Part shown: one piece after another, positions 1 through 10,777 of the stretch
How positions within the stretch are numbered: position 1 is the first letter of the stretch
How the letters are laid out: each line of letters opens with the position of its first letter
From: Heteronotia binoei
Taxonomy: Eukaryota
Direction: 5' to 3'
Length of the DNA: 64,000 bases
Assembly: GCF_032191835.1 (NCBI RefSeq)
Contig: NC_083227.1
Span: 27,714,001-27,778,000 of the forward strand
The notes under the pieces: generated by a model
What the model saw: only the letters and a program-made list of their open reading frames with translations
Databases searched by the model: none
What the model was told of the DNA's origin: nothing
Made by a program: the position numbers and the translations under genes

Positions 1-517
1 AGGATTAGTATACGATCTCTTGCCCAGGCTTCAGCTTTCTGAAGATCTTGTATATTAGGACTGTTTGGCAAGGAGTTCTCATAAGCAGAGTTAGCAGTGT
101 CTGCGACTTTTGGGAAAGCAGATTGGATAGCAGAGAGTTGTTCCTTAATAGGAGTCAAGAATCGATTTATTTCAGCAAACATGTCTTCTTTAAGAGACGC
201 AAATAAGTCCTGGAATTCAGCAGGAGGAGTTATAGGTGAGTTTGTTTCCATTTCATCATCATCGGCGGCCCTCTTAGTTTCAGTTTGTTTTTGTGATGCA
301 GTTTTTTCCACTGTGTTCTCAGGCTTGAAACAAGTCTTTGCTACGCTTGTTTTTGCAGGAGATTGCTTCCCCTCCCCCCCCCCCTCAGTCTCAGAAGGGT
401 TCCCCATTGATGCTGAAGCAATAAAAAAGCCTTGGGAAAGATTTATGTTGGCAATTTAGGTAGTAGGGGAAGAGAGCTCGCCTAATGTGCATCCACACAA
501 CTGACGCCCCACCCCCC
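1..517 (-). mobile_element. 5' end of a probable L1 LINE (short 5'UTR plus start of ORF1, ATG at 407, open to the window edge)
   Basis: The minus frame from ATG 407 reads MGNPSETEGG...EFQDLFASLKEDMFAEINRFLTPIKEQLSAIQSAFPKVADTANSAYENSLPNSPNIQDLQKAEAWARDRILI with no stop to base 1. It has a low-complexity N-terminus then a heptad-like coiled coil, as in non-mammalian L1 ORF1p. It begins with a G-run at ~517, exactly where similarity to the paralogous ZNF ends stops. It is absent from the ORF track, probably because it runs off the window. Confidence 0.6.
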
Positions 518-1981
518 CTTTGTGTGTTCTTTGATGTTGTATCAGGTAGCATCTCCGTATGAATCTTTTCCCACAGTCCCTGCATCCATATTTTTTCTTT
601 TTGCTGTGGACTGTATGGTGTTCTGTAAGCCGTGACCTGACGGCAAAGTTCTTTCCACACTGCAAGCATTTAAATGGCTTCACTCCTGTGTGGATACTTT
701 GATGTACATTAAGGCTTGTGCTGTGACTGAACATTCTCCCACAATCCAGGCATTTATATGGCTTCTCCCCTGTGTGGATTCTTGCATGTGATGTAAGACC
801 TGTATGGATACGGAAACTCTTTCCACACTCCAAGCATTTATATGGCTTTTCTCCTGTGTGGACGCTTTGGTGTACCTTCAGGTGTGAGCTCTGACTGAAG
901 CCTTTACCACATTCCTGGCATTTATAGGGTTTCTCTCCAGAATGGATCCTTTGGTGGGAAACAAGGTGTGGTCTCTGAGTGAAGCGTTTTCCACACACTG
1001 TGCACTCGTAGGGTTTCTCCCCTGAGTGAATTCTCTGATGTGAAGTGAGGGCTGAGCTCCAACTGAAGGTCTTTCCACACTCCAGGCACTCATATGGTGT
1101 CTCCTTTGAATGGAATCTCTGATGGGAATTGAGGGCTGTGCTCCATCTGAAGGTCTTTCCGCACTCCAGGCACTCATACGGCTTCTCCTTTTTGTGGATT
1201 CTCTGATGGGAAGAGAGGCTTGCACTAACAGTGAAAGTCTTTCCACACAGCAAGCATTTGTATGGCTTCTCCCCTGAGTGGATTCTCTGATGGTAAGTGA
1301 AGGATACGTTCCACCTGAAGGTCTTTCCACACTCCAGGCACTCATATGGCCTCTCCTTTGTGTGGATTCTCTGATGGGAGGTGAGAGCTGTGCTCCAGCG
1401 GAAGCACTTTCCACATTCCAAACATTGATATTGTTTCTCCTCTGAATGGATTCTCTGATGTAAATTCAGAGCACTGTTATAGCTGAACCTCTTGCCGCAC
1501 TGTGAACATTGGCACGGTTTTTGCCCTGTTTGGGTTCTTTTATGGGAAGTAAGGTTTTCACTCATACTAAAAGATGTTTTGGACTCTGAACTCATGGAAC
1601 GCTCCTCCCTCATATGGATTCTCTGGTGAGAAGTGAGGCTTACGAGCCTGCCAAAGTCCTTTCCACATTCAGAGCATTTGTACGTTTCATTCCCTGCGTG
1701 GATTCTCTGATGGGAAGAAATGTTGGATTCATAGCTTAAGACTTCTCTGTGGGCAGAATGTTTATTCCTCCTCTTTCCTTTGTTATATGGTTCTTGGGCA
1801 GGATTTTCAAGGATGCCAGTCTGGAAAACTACAGCGTGATTACCTAACTTCTCTGCTTTGCTTTCGTCCTGCCTCTTTGATTGTTTTGGATTCCTGCAAG
1901 GCCTTTCCTCCACTTCATGGTCGGTCATTATGAAAGAGACCACACATCGCTCGCTATAATTCTCACCATCCTGCCTGTTAC
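456..1981 (-). CDS. Gene 1 zinc-finger exon (13 intact C2H2 fingers plus degenerate N-terminal fingers)
   Basis: ORF 456-1943 has CxxC-x12-HxxxH repeats and TGEKPY-type linkers. Acceptor ttcttccaccag|GT at 1982/1981 gives a phase-1 start (G|GT AAC AGG CAG...) in frame with the ORF. Stop TAA at 456-458. Confidence 0.96.
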
Positions 1982-2369
1982 CTGGTGGAAGAAAGACTTC
2001 TGATTAGAAGGGGAAATAAGTAATCTGCAGACATAACAGAGTGGACTTTTCTGCAGAGTTAAGAAAGACCAAGTTATTTTATCCATTTAAATATGGTTTC
2101 TATACTGGGAATGGGATGCTGGGAGCTTTGGTGAACCTCGTCAATTGTTTTCATGGGGAGTTCAATGCTTCCCTGTAGATACTTTTAGCATTTCCCAATG
2201 ACTTTTCACACAGCAGTCTGATAATATCCAAATGTAAAGGTACAAAATACACTTAAGACTAATGGGTTTCATATAAGTGGTTTCATTTAATTCATTAAAA
2301 AATATATATGTTAACCATTCACAAAAATATATATATTTACCATTCCTTCTAAGCTGATAGAACAAAGCA

Positions 2370-2755
2370 GTAGGCAAGTGTACCTTTAAGACCTTTATTC
2401 AGAATGTAAGCTTTCATATGCTCTTAAGCAGACTTCATCAGACAAATGGGAATGGAAGCAGCAATTCTTAATATAAGTGGGCAGTGAGGAATCATGGGAA
2501 TGTTTTTAGCAGATTAAAAGAATCACAAATAGGGATCTGTGTTTGGTAGTGTTAGGACAAAACAGGGCTGAAAAAAACACTGGAGGGTGATAAAAAGCAG
2601 ACTGCTGTTGTAGGTGCGAAGTGCCATAAATCTAGGTAACATTCTGGCTTTGTTAAAGCTGACATTCTGAATAAAACTTAGTTGGTCTTAACGGTGCACT
2701 TGTCTACTGCTTTGTTCTATTGCTTCAGACCAACACGGCTGCCCACTTGGATCGC
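2370..2755. mobile_element. Penelope-like element fragments
   Basis: Contains the motifs agacttcatcagac, gaataaaacttagttggtcttaa and ttcagaccaacacggctgccc, which recur at 11165-11585, ~31000-31125 and (reversed) ~63770-63880. They resemble reptile Penelope-like termini as I recall them. Confidence 0.45.
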
Positions 2756-3060
2756 TGTAAGCTGAGTTAGCATGAGCCAGCTCACACATTTCTAATATCC
2801 AGCTCACACATTTTTGTCTTAGCTCAGAAAGGAGGACCCCAGAGCACAATAATGTATGCAGTAGCTCGCAACTTTAATGCCAGCAGCTCAGAAAGTAGAA
2901 TTTTTGCTCACAAGATTCTACAGCTTAGAGGGGGAACATTGCTCACAGTGTAAAAAAAAGGTTTGTTAGAGAACGGATTGCAGCACCACAGAAGACACCC
3001 ACGCAAAGATGAGGGCAGAGTTAGACAGCGGCTGGTGTTCACCTTTAAAGCCCTCTATGG

Positions 3061-3196
3061 CAGGAGTTGCCAATGGTAGCTCTCCAGACGTTTTTTGCCT
3101 ACAACTTCCATCAGCCCCAACCATCAGCCATGCTGGCTGGGGCTGATGGGAGTTTAAGGCAAAAACCATCTAGAAAGCTATCGTTGGCCACCCCTG
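3061..3196. mobile_element. Palindromic hAT-type MITE
   Basis: Termini CAGGAGTTGCCAA/TTGGCCACCCCTG, almost fully self-complementary. 8-bp TSD CTCTATGG at 3053-3060 and 3197-3204. The empty site is visible in gene 2 at ~24965. Confidence 0.85.
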
Positions 3197-3510
3197 CTCT
3201 ATGGTTTGGGACCAACAGTCCTGAAGGGTTTTCATTAACTTACGAACCTACATGACCACTATGGACATCTCTGAATGCTCTACTTCAATGGCCCTACCTT
3301 CTGAGATGAGGCAGTAGCAATCCAGGAAAGGGCCTGCTTGGTTGTGGCACCAGAACTCTGGAACCATCTCACTGGGGAGGTTCCCCAGTTCCCCCTTGAA
3401 GCCATTTTCCACTAGTGGGTGAAGACTTTGTGATTTCATTTGACATTCCCTCAGTAGCTTTTCCATCCCACCCCGTGTTTGTTCTTTCATATTTTAGCTC
3501 TAGGTTTTAT

Positions 3511-3788
3511 GATGATGATGATATTGGATTTATATCCCGCCCTCCACTCCAAAGAGTCTCAGAGCGGCTCACAATCTCCTTTACCTTCCTCCCCCACAAC
3601 AGACACCCTGTGAGGTGGGTGGGGCTGGAGAGGGCTCTCAAAGCAGCTGCCCTTTCAAGGACAACCTTTGCCAGAGCTATGGCTGACCCAAGGCCATGCT
3701 AGCAGGTGCAAGTGGAGGAGTGGGGAATCAAACCCGGTTCTCCCAGATAAGAGTCCGCACACTTAACCACTACACCAAACTGGCTCTG
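3511..3788 (-). mobile_element. Squam3-like tRNA/CORE SINE
   Basis: tRNA-like head (TGGTGTAGTGG A box, GGTTTGATTCC B box), CORE-like cacaacagacaccctgtgagg, and (ATC)n tail. About ten near-identical copies occur in the window. Confidence 0.85.
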
Positions 3789-3883
3789 CAATCTCCCATG
3801 AATCTCAATGAGAAAGGCACATAATAAATAACTTAAAACAAAGAAGCAGGAGTGGCAAAAAAACACAGCTTCCACATCTATCA

Positions 3884-4060
<177 letters not shown>

Positions 4061-4127
4061 TCACAACTAATTCATTCACTCCTGCTCAAAGATGTTTTTG
4101 CTCACAAGACAGAAAAAAAGAACACAA

Positions 4128-4378
4128 GAGGGGAATGGATAAACATACGGAGCAGAGCAGAGGTCCATCAGCAGCTATTAGTCACAGCTTATCGTTGGAA
4201 CTCCCTGTCTGGGGCAGTGATGCTCTGTATTCTTGTGCTTGGGGGGATGGGGCACAGTGGAAGGGCTTCTAGCCCCACTGGTGGACCTCTTGATGGCATT
4301 TGGTTATTTTGGCCACTGTGTGACACAGGGTGTTGGACTGGATGGGCCATTGGCCTATCCAACATGGCTGTTCTTATG
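4128..4378 (+). mobile_element. CR1 LINE 3' fragment
   Basis: Ends in ggccactgtgtgacacagggtgttggactggatgggcc...ccaacatggctgttcttatg, the same 3'UTR as the long CR1 copies at 13945 and 48208. Confidence 0.8.
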
Positions 4379-4670
4379 AAGCAGCCTTGTACTGAATCAG
4401 CCACTCTTCTATCAAGGTCACTACTGTCCAGTTCAGCCAGCAGAGGCCCTCCAGAGACTCATGCTGGGATTGAACCAGGGGCCTTCTGCATGCCAAGCGG
4501 ACGCTCTACCACTGAGCCACGGCCCCTCCTCCAGCAACTGCAGATATTAAGACAGGAACACTTGAAGGTGCTGCCTACTGAGTCAGCTTCTTGCAGGGCC
4601 CTCATAAGCAAAATTAGACTATTCTAAATCTACTGACTGCTGGCCCATCAAGGTCAGTGTTATCTATTCT

Positions 4671-5594
4671 TAGAGAACTGGAGTTAAAGTTCCTCACAAA
4701 ATGGTACAGAACACCAGCAACATTAGCCAATATGTTCCAGGGTTTGAATTCTAACTGTTGGCACTGTGGAAAGAAAAAAGGATGGTATTCCCACATGTGG
4801 TGGGAATGCTCAGAAGTTAAACCCTTTTGGGAAAAGGTAATAGAGCATATCCATAACTTTTTTGCTATAAGACCAACGATAGATCTAGATTTAATGTTCG
4901 GGAGCATATTAAATAAATACGGAACCAATAAAGAAGGGCTGGATTTATTCAAAGCAATGGTGCTAGCTGGCAAGGCTGTAATAGCCTTTGGCTGGAAGGA
5001 TAAAACCAAATGGACGGAGCAAAACTGGCATAATTATTTATCTGAATATGTTCAGTCGGACATTATAGCTATGCTTAATCGTGATGAACAATGGGGGTCA
5101 AAAACAAAAAGGATAAAGGAGAAATGGTTTCCATATTTAAAGTGGTCACTAGAAGGTCAACGGCGGAACATTCGGTGGAAGCTTCTTAATTTGTGCCCCT
5201 GGCTAGAAAGTTGAGCACGCAAGGGAGGGAGGGAGGGATTAGGGAAGAGAAAAATAGATTGATGAATGTGATAGGAAATCAAATCCTATGTATTAAAACA
5301 TTCTCATCCCTATCGTCAGGGCAGGAAAAGCTCGGAAGTGACAAGAATATGAAGGTGAAAGAGAAAATGGACTTAATAAGGCCTAGAAGGAGAAGACTAA
5401 AGAACGACGGTACTACTTGGAAGCAAGAAGACCTCAATATGGACTGATATAAGAACATTTAAACTAAAAGGACCGAGCAAGAATACTCTGTAAAGGGAGA
5501 TAGAGATTCAGATGTATACTCTGTATGAGAAAAAGGATAAGCTCAATGTAAATGACTAAAACAATAAATATATTCATATATATATAAAAAAAAA
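4671..5594 (+). mobile_element. 5'-truncated L1 (ORF2 C-terminus plus 3'UTR and poly-A)
   Basis: ORF 4657-5214 has KWYRTP...CWHC...HMWWEC...FW...KWFPYL, the L1 ORF2 cysteine-rich C-terminus. Poly-A at 5586-5595. TSD ATCTATTCT at 4662-4670 and 5595-5603. Empty site at ~61245 in gene 4. Confidence 0.9.
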
Positions 5595-6096
5595 ATCTAT
5601 TCTAACTAGCAGCAGGACTCCAGAGGAAGTTTTTTAACACTGCTTCCTACCCGATTCAGAACAGGCTGTAAGAAAGCCGCAGGAATAAAATTTTATTTCT
5701 TCCTTCTTTTAAGCATGTTAGGCCCCTTTCCTCTGTGGAGAAATTGAAGGTGGCTTGCAAAAAGGAAAAGGTTCCAAATCACAAAGATAAACAGGAATGG
5801 TTCCTTCCAGCCCTGCTGGAGGAAAAAGAGACTCCAAGGCCCTGTTCAGACGCACAGTATAATCAGATGTTGCTGCTGTTTCCTTCCAGATTTAAAGTGG
5901 CCGATCAGACAGCAACATCTGTCTCCCGGTATTAACTTGGAGTGATTCGAATTGCAGTATGGCAGTCTGATTGATAATATCCGGAACAAAGATATTTGGA
6001 ACAGAACTGGGTCAGTTTAACATGGACTCAACACGCTGTGTGAACAGGGCCCAAGCTTCTCTTCACATGACTCTTCACAGGTGATCCATCCTTTAC

Positions 6097-6179
6097 CTGA
6101 GTGGGCTGCATCTTAAATGTTTCCACTCCGCCTCAGAAGGGAGATGTTCTGGAATCCGGCTGTGATGCTCTTCCACCAC
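6097..6179 (-). CDS. Gene 1 linker/start exon (ATG at 6111, MQPTQ)
   Basis: 83 bp between ccctacag| and CAG|gtaaag, conserved in all four paralogs and ending in phase 0 with the KRAB exon. An in-frame TGA lies upstream of the ATG in this copy, so only the last 15 nt are coding. Predicted protein 555 aa. Confidence 0.8.
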
Positions 6180-6752
6180 CTGTAGGGAGACACATGTATC
6201 TTCAGTGGTTTACTTCATTTCGACCCCCTCTTTCTCCTCAAAGGGGACCAAAAGTGGCTCAAATTGTTTTGCTCTCCTGTGTTCTGTCCTCACAACTAGC
6301 CTGTGGGGCAGGTCAAATAGAGACCATGCAACTGCCCCAAAGTCAGCCAGCAGCCTTCCATGGCAGAGTACATAGCTGAACTCGGACCTGGTCAGAGACT
6401 ACCCACTAAACCACACTGCCTCTGATAGCTGAAGGAGATTTTAAAACTCCCCTTTTTAAAAATGTGGAGATATTTCTACCCTCTTATTTCATGCTGCCTT
6501 CCTCCCCAACAGGGGACTTGTAAAAAGCTTCCACTGGTTCTCTTTCTCTCAATTTTATTCTCACAACAACCCTGTAAAGCAGGCTAGACTGAGTGTGTAT
6601 CACTGGCCCAAGCTTCCACGACACAGAGGGGATTTGAACCTGGGCCTCCCAGATCACAGTTTGATATGCTAACCACTTCACCAGTGTTTGACCTTCTCAG
6701 GGAGAGGAGAAGAGAAATAAAGAGGGGGGGAAACCCTGTGTGTGAGAATTAC

Positions 6753-6947
6753 CTTAAAAGCAAGACCCGATCTACATGTCAGATAGGTCCTAAATCTTCC
6801 AATGCTGGTAACTTCAGCTGGTGAATACCAAAACAGTTCAGTATTTGGCTCCCTCAGAAGCGTTTTCATACACTGAGTCTCTGTTCAAAGAAGGGATGGT
6901 CATATGGAGGCCACTGGCTTTCCCTGACTCCCAGAGAGCAGGTTGCC
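6753..6947 (-). other. Possible non-coding upstream exon of gene 1
   Basis: Acceptor tttccttcag| and donor AAG|gtaatt. A paralogous block with donor AAA|gtaagt is at ~27786-27985 in gene 2. No convincing reading frame. Confidence 0.35.
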
Positions 6948-8337
6948 CTGAAGGAAAGACCCAAACAACCTGTGAGGTGATTCACAGGGCAGTGTAATTT
7001 GAAGCAAAGAAGTTTCTAGAAGAGAAAAAGCGGCCCCTGTTGGATCAGGCCGTCCAGCCCTGCCTCCCATTTTGGACAGTAGCTGGGAAACCTGTCAGCA
7101 GAGACTGATGCCCCCTTCCAACCACTGCTTAACATATTTTAAAGCAAACTTCGTTGGGATTATGGAGAATTGATTTCAATATTTTTTTAAAAAGGCAGCC
7201 AGAAGCCGCAGCGATGAAGAGAGTAACTGGATTTGATGGGGGGAAAGGGAGTGCTCTTGAACCTCTATTCGTTGTATAGGAAGTTGTTAGGTTCACACAG
7301 GACCGAGAGAAGTGGTATATGCCAGAATCCCCCCTTCTGCACAGCAATGGAAAGGACAGGAACATGACCATGTCTTCAGACTTCCTTGACATGGAGCAAC
7401 CCTTTCCGCTCTTCCTTATACAGACATCCCCAACAGCAAGCTTTGCCATTCATTCCCTGAAGGAAACAAGAACAGTAGGCACTCTGGGACCCAAAATATT
7501 CTCTTTCTGCACCCTACTGTGGATAGGAAAGGAAAAATTCTCCTTGGAAGTGTGCAAAACTGGACAAGGGGGCTCCATAGAAATCCAGAATGACTCCATA
7601 GAAATCTATTGCTTTTGACTACACTAAAATCAAAATTATATTATTACTCAAAGCTGCATTATTTTGTCTCACTAGGAATCTTTGCTGTTATACAGAATTA
7701 TTATTACATCATAATTCACTCACTGTTTGCTTGACTTTATGGCATTTTGTAATCTGTTTACTGATCAACTTGAAAAAAAAATTAAATGAGAGTCACCATC
7801 CACCTTTGGGTCTCAGTGAAGAAGGTATACTATAAATGAGAATAATAAATATGTCACACAACAGATAGAGACAACCATATGTTAACAAAACAGGGGGAAA
7901 GCAAATCAAAGAATTTTAAAAATGCAGAAAAAAATTAAATTGCCTGCAACTCTCAAAATGTAAAATAGTCACAGTTATTTACAGCTGCATATGCATTTAT
8001 TCTTAAATCATTGCCCACCTTATATTCCCTGAACAATAAAGGATAGGGGGGAAAAAGCCATTCACTTTAGACTGTCAAAAATATACATACCATAAAGAAT
8101 ATCTGCACTCACTTAATTTGCTGCTAACCTAAACGGTTGAGTTATTTTCCCCAAAGAAAGATACATTGTGCAAACATACATACTGCGCAATCCTTCACTG
8201 AGATGTGCTTCTTTTTTTAACTCTCCCCCGCCCCATTTCTATTTCTCTCTTGCTTTAATTGCTTCTCCACCAAGAACCAACACTCCATCCTCCCCCCCCC
8301 TCCCTAAACCACATCTGAAAACTCTGTGCTCCCAAAG

Positions 8338-8628
8338 GAAAGGAAAGGTCCCCTGTGCAAGCACCAGTCCTTTCCGACTCTGGGGTGACGTTGCTTTCAC
8401 AACGTTTTCACAGCAGACTTTTTACGGGGTGGTTTGCCATTGCCTTCCCCAGTCATCTACACTCCCCCCCACCACACACAGCAAGCTGGGTACTCATTTT
8501 ACTGACCTCAGAAGGATGGAAGGCTGAGTCAGCCTCGAGTCGGCTACCTGAAAACCCAGCTTCCACTGGGGATCAAACTCAGGTCATGAGCAGAGCTTAG
8601 GACTACAGTACTGCAGCTTTAACACTCT
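8338..8628 (-). mobile_element. Sauria SINE
   Basis: Contains aagctgggtactcattttactgacctcagaaggatggaaggctgagtca and an (ACCTTT)-like tail. Confidence 0.85.
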
Positions 8629-8797
8629 CAAACAGGCCTTCTAAAGGAAACCTCCTACACAGAGATTTTTTGGGGGAAGTAGAGGGGCTAAAAGTGCACC
8701 TGCAATTGATCCTCCCCCCGTTTTTTTCTTCCTCTACAGGAATTTTGAACTTGCTTGTTGTAACCCTTGGAGCACCCAAAAGCTCTGGCTCTTATGG

Positions 8798-9088
8798 AAA
8801 AGGAAAGGAAACATCCCCTCTGCAAGCACCAGTTGTTTCCGACTCTGGGGTGACGTTGCTCTCACGTTTTCACGGAAGACTTTTTTACAGGGTGGTTTGC
8901 CATTGCCTTCCCCAGTCATCTACACTTTTCCCCCAGCAAGCTGGGTACCCATTTTACCGACCTCAGAAGGATGGAAGGCTGAGTCAACCTCGAGCTGGCT
9001 ACCTGAAAACCCAGCTTCTGCCAGGGATTGAACTCAGGTCGTGAGGAGTGCAGTACTGCAGCTTTAACACTCCGCGCCACGGGGCTCT
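8798..9088 (-). mobile_element. Sauria SINE (second copy)
   Basis: Same consensus as 8338-8628. Confidence 0.85.
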
Positions 9089-9223
9089 ATGCCTGTTAGG
9101 GAGGATGAGTCAAATCAGGATTTAACCCTGGGCTGGGAAGCTGTTTTTTTTGGAAGAGAGACCGGCAAGGAGGCGCAAGGGAATGACTGGGGGAGACCTG
9201 AGATATTTCTTAGCGGGTTAGCA

Positions 9224-9509
9224 GCAGCAGCAGAAGATATTGGATTTATATCCCGCCCTCCACTCCGAAGAGTCTCACTCAGAGCGGCTCACAATCTCCT
9301 TTACCTTCCTTCCCCCACAACAGACACCCTGTGGGGTGGGTGGGGCTGAAGAGAGCTCTCCCAGAAGCTGCCCCCTTTCAAGGACAACCTCTGCCAGAGC
9401 TAGGGCTGACCCAAGGCCATTCCAGCAGGTGCAAGTGGAGGAGTGGGGAATCAAACCCGGTTCTCCCAGATAAGAGTCCGCACACTTCACCACTACACCA
9501 AACTGGCTC
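9224..9509 (-). mobile_element. Squam3-like SINE
   Basis: Same consensus as 3511-3788. Confidence 0.85.
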
Positions 9510-9994
9510 ACCAAACAGCAGCAAAACCTTCCCCCCTAATTGCTCCAAAATCTGGCAGAAAAGGGCCTTGCAATAACACGAGGGAGAGGGGGAAAGCAAG
9601 GGGGTGGGCAGGGCCCGAGTTTTATTTTTTCGGGCTTGGGACAGACTTGTAACTTGCGCAGCCCACCCCCACTGGCACATTCCCCCCTCCCATACATACA
9701 ATCTCATGAGCCATGGGTGGGGGGGAAGTTAGCTGAGATTCCTCTTCCATGCATTGCATGGCTGAACAAAGCCTGCCTTCGCTAGTTTGGTGTAATAAAA
9801 CAAACAGCACCCAGCTGAGATTCCACGCGTTTGCAAACCATCTTGCAACTGGCTTTATGACTAAAAAGGGATTCTCCTGCCCATCGCTTGATTTTTTTTT
9901 TTTTAATACTGCAACGCATTACCAACGCAGCTGCAAACGTCAGTCCCGTTAACTTTAAAAGCTTTCTTTTCCCAGACTTTTTCATTTGACTTAC

Positions 9995-10134
9995 CTATAT
10001 TCTGGGTCCTGCGAATCCCACCAGAAGAAGCGGCCCCCCTTAGTCCAAATGTGTTTATGGGGCTTCGCTTCTCCCTTCCCAACGGGAGACCCTCCCTCCT
10101 GGCCCATGCTCAAGGAACTCTGGGACTTGTAGTT
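9995..10134 (-). promoter_or_regulatory. Gene 1 putative promoter and non-coding first exon
   Basis: Donor G|gtaagtc at 9995/9994. AACTACAAGTCCCAG (ZNF143/THAP11-type ACTACAnnTCCCA motif) at 10120-10134 next to an NRF1-like GCCCATGCTCA. The same arrangement occurs in genes 2 and 3. The TSS is not determinable from sequence. Confidence 0.65.
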
Positions 10135-10279
10135 CGACGAGGCCCTCCACATGGAAAGCCTGGTCTGTGTAATGCCCCCTTTGGGTTTGGGTTCTCAGGT
10201 TACAGTACTCACTCTGGTTCCCCTTCTCAGGTTCATTCAGTAGACCCAAAACAAGCTTACTCAAAACATCAGCTGCAAA

Positions 10280-10777
10280 TAGGGTTGCCAAGTCCAATTC
10301 AAGAAATATCTGGGGACTTTGGGGGTGGAGCCAGGAGATTTTGGAGATGGAGCCAAGAGCAAGGTTGCAACAAGAACAATGGGACTCCAAAGGGAGTTCT
10401 GGCCATCACCATTAAAGGGACTGCACACCTTTTAAATGCCTTCCCTCCATTGGAAATAATGAAGGTAGGGGCACCTTCTTTGGGGGCTCATAGAATTGGA
10501 CCTGATGGTCCAATCTTTTTGAAACTTGGAGGGTATTTTGGGGAGAGGCTATGTTGAATGCTGTGTTGAAAATGTGGCACCTCTATCTCAAAAAACAGCC
10601 CCCCAGATACCCACAGATCAATTCTCCATTATACCCTATGAGAATTGGTCTCTGTAGAGAACAATGGAATGCCCAGCAGACATTTCTCTCCCCGCCCCCC
10701 ACTTTCTATGACCCTGAAGTGGGGAGAGGGCCTCAGTCAGGGAATCCCCTGCTCCTATCTGGGGATTGGCAACCCTA
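10280..10777. mobile_element. hAT-type MITE (TAGGGTTGCCA termini)
   Basis: TIRs TAGGGTTGCCA/TGGCAACCCTA. Flanks GCTGCAAA/GCTGCAAG give a 7/8 TSD. Confidence 0.85.

Noticed and set aside
97-459. 120-aa plus-strand ORF
   Set aside because: Antisense shadow of the minus-strand L1-like ORF1, with no start context or domain.
878-1414. Alternative-frame ORFs over zinc-finger exons (also 23278-23559, 23785-24024, 42343-42624, 42676-43089, 56039-56872)
   Set aside because: The repeating ESTQ/MSAWSVE/NVERAS pattern is the standard shifted-frame reading of C2H2 repeats.
3760-3790. tRNA-like A/B boxes here and at many other sites
   Set aside because: They are heads of Squam3, Sauria and related SINEs continuing into SINE bodies, and none forms a full cloverleaf gene.
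6180-9990. Search for a SCAN-domain exon upstream of the linker exon
   Set aside because: No RQRFR / LEQFL / WV-type motifs were recognised in any frame in this or the paralogous introns.
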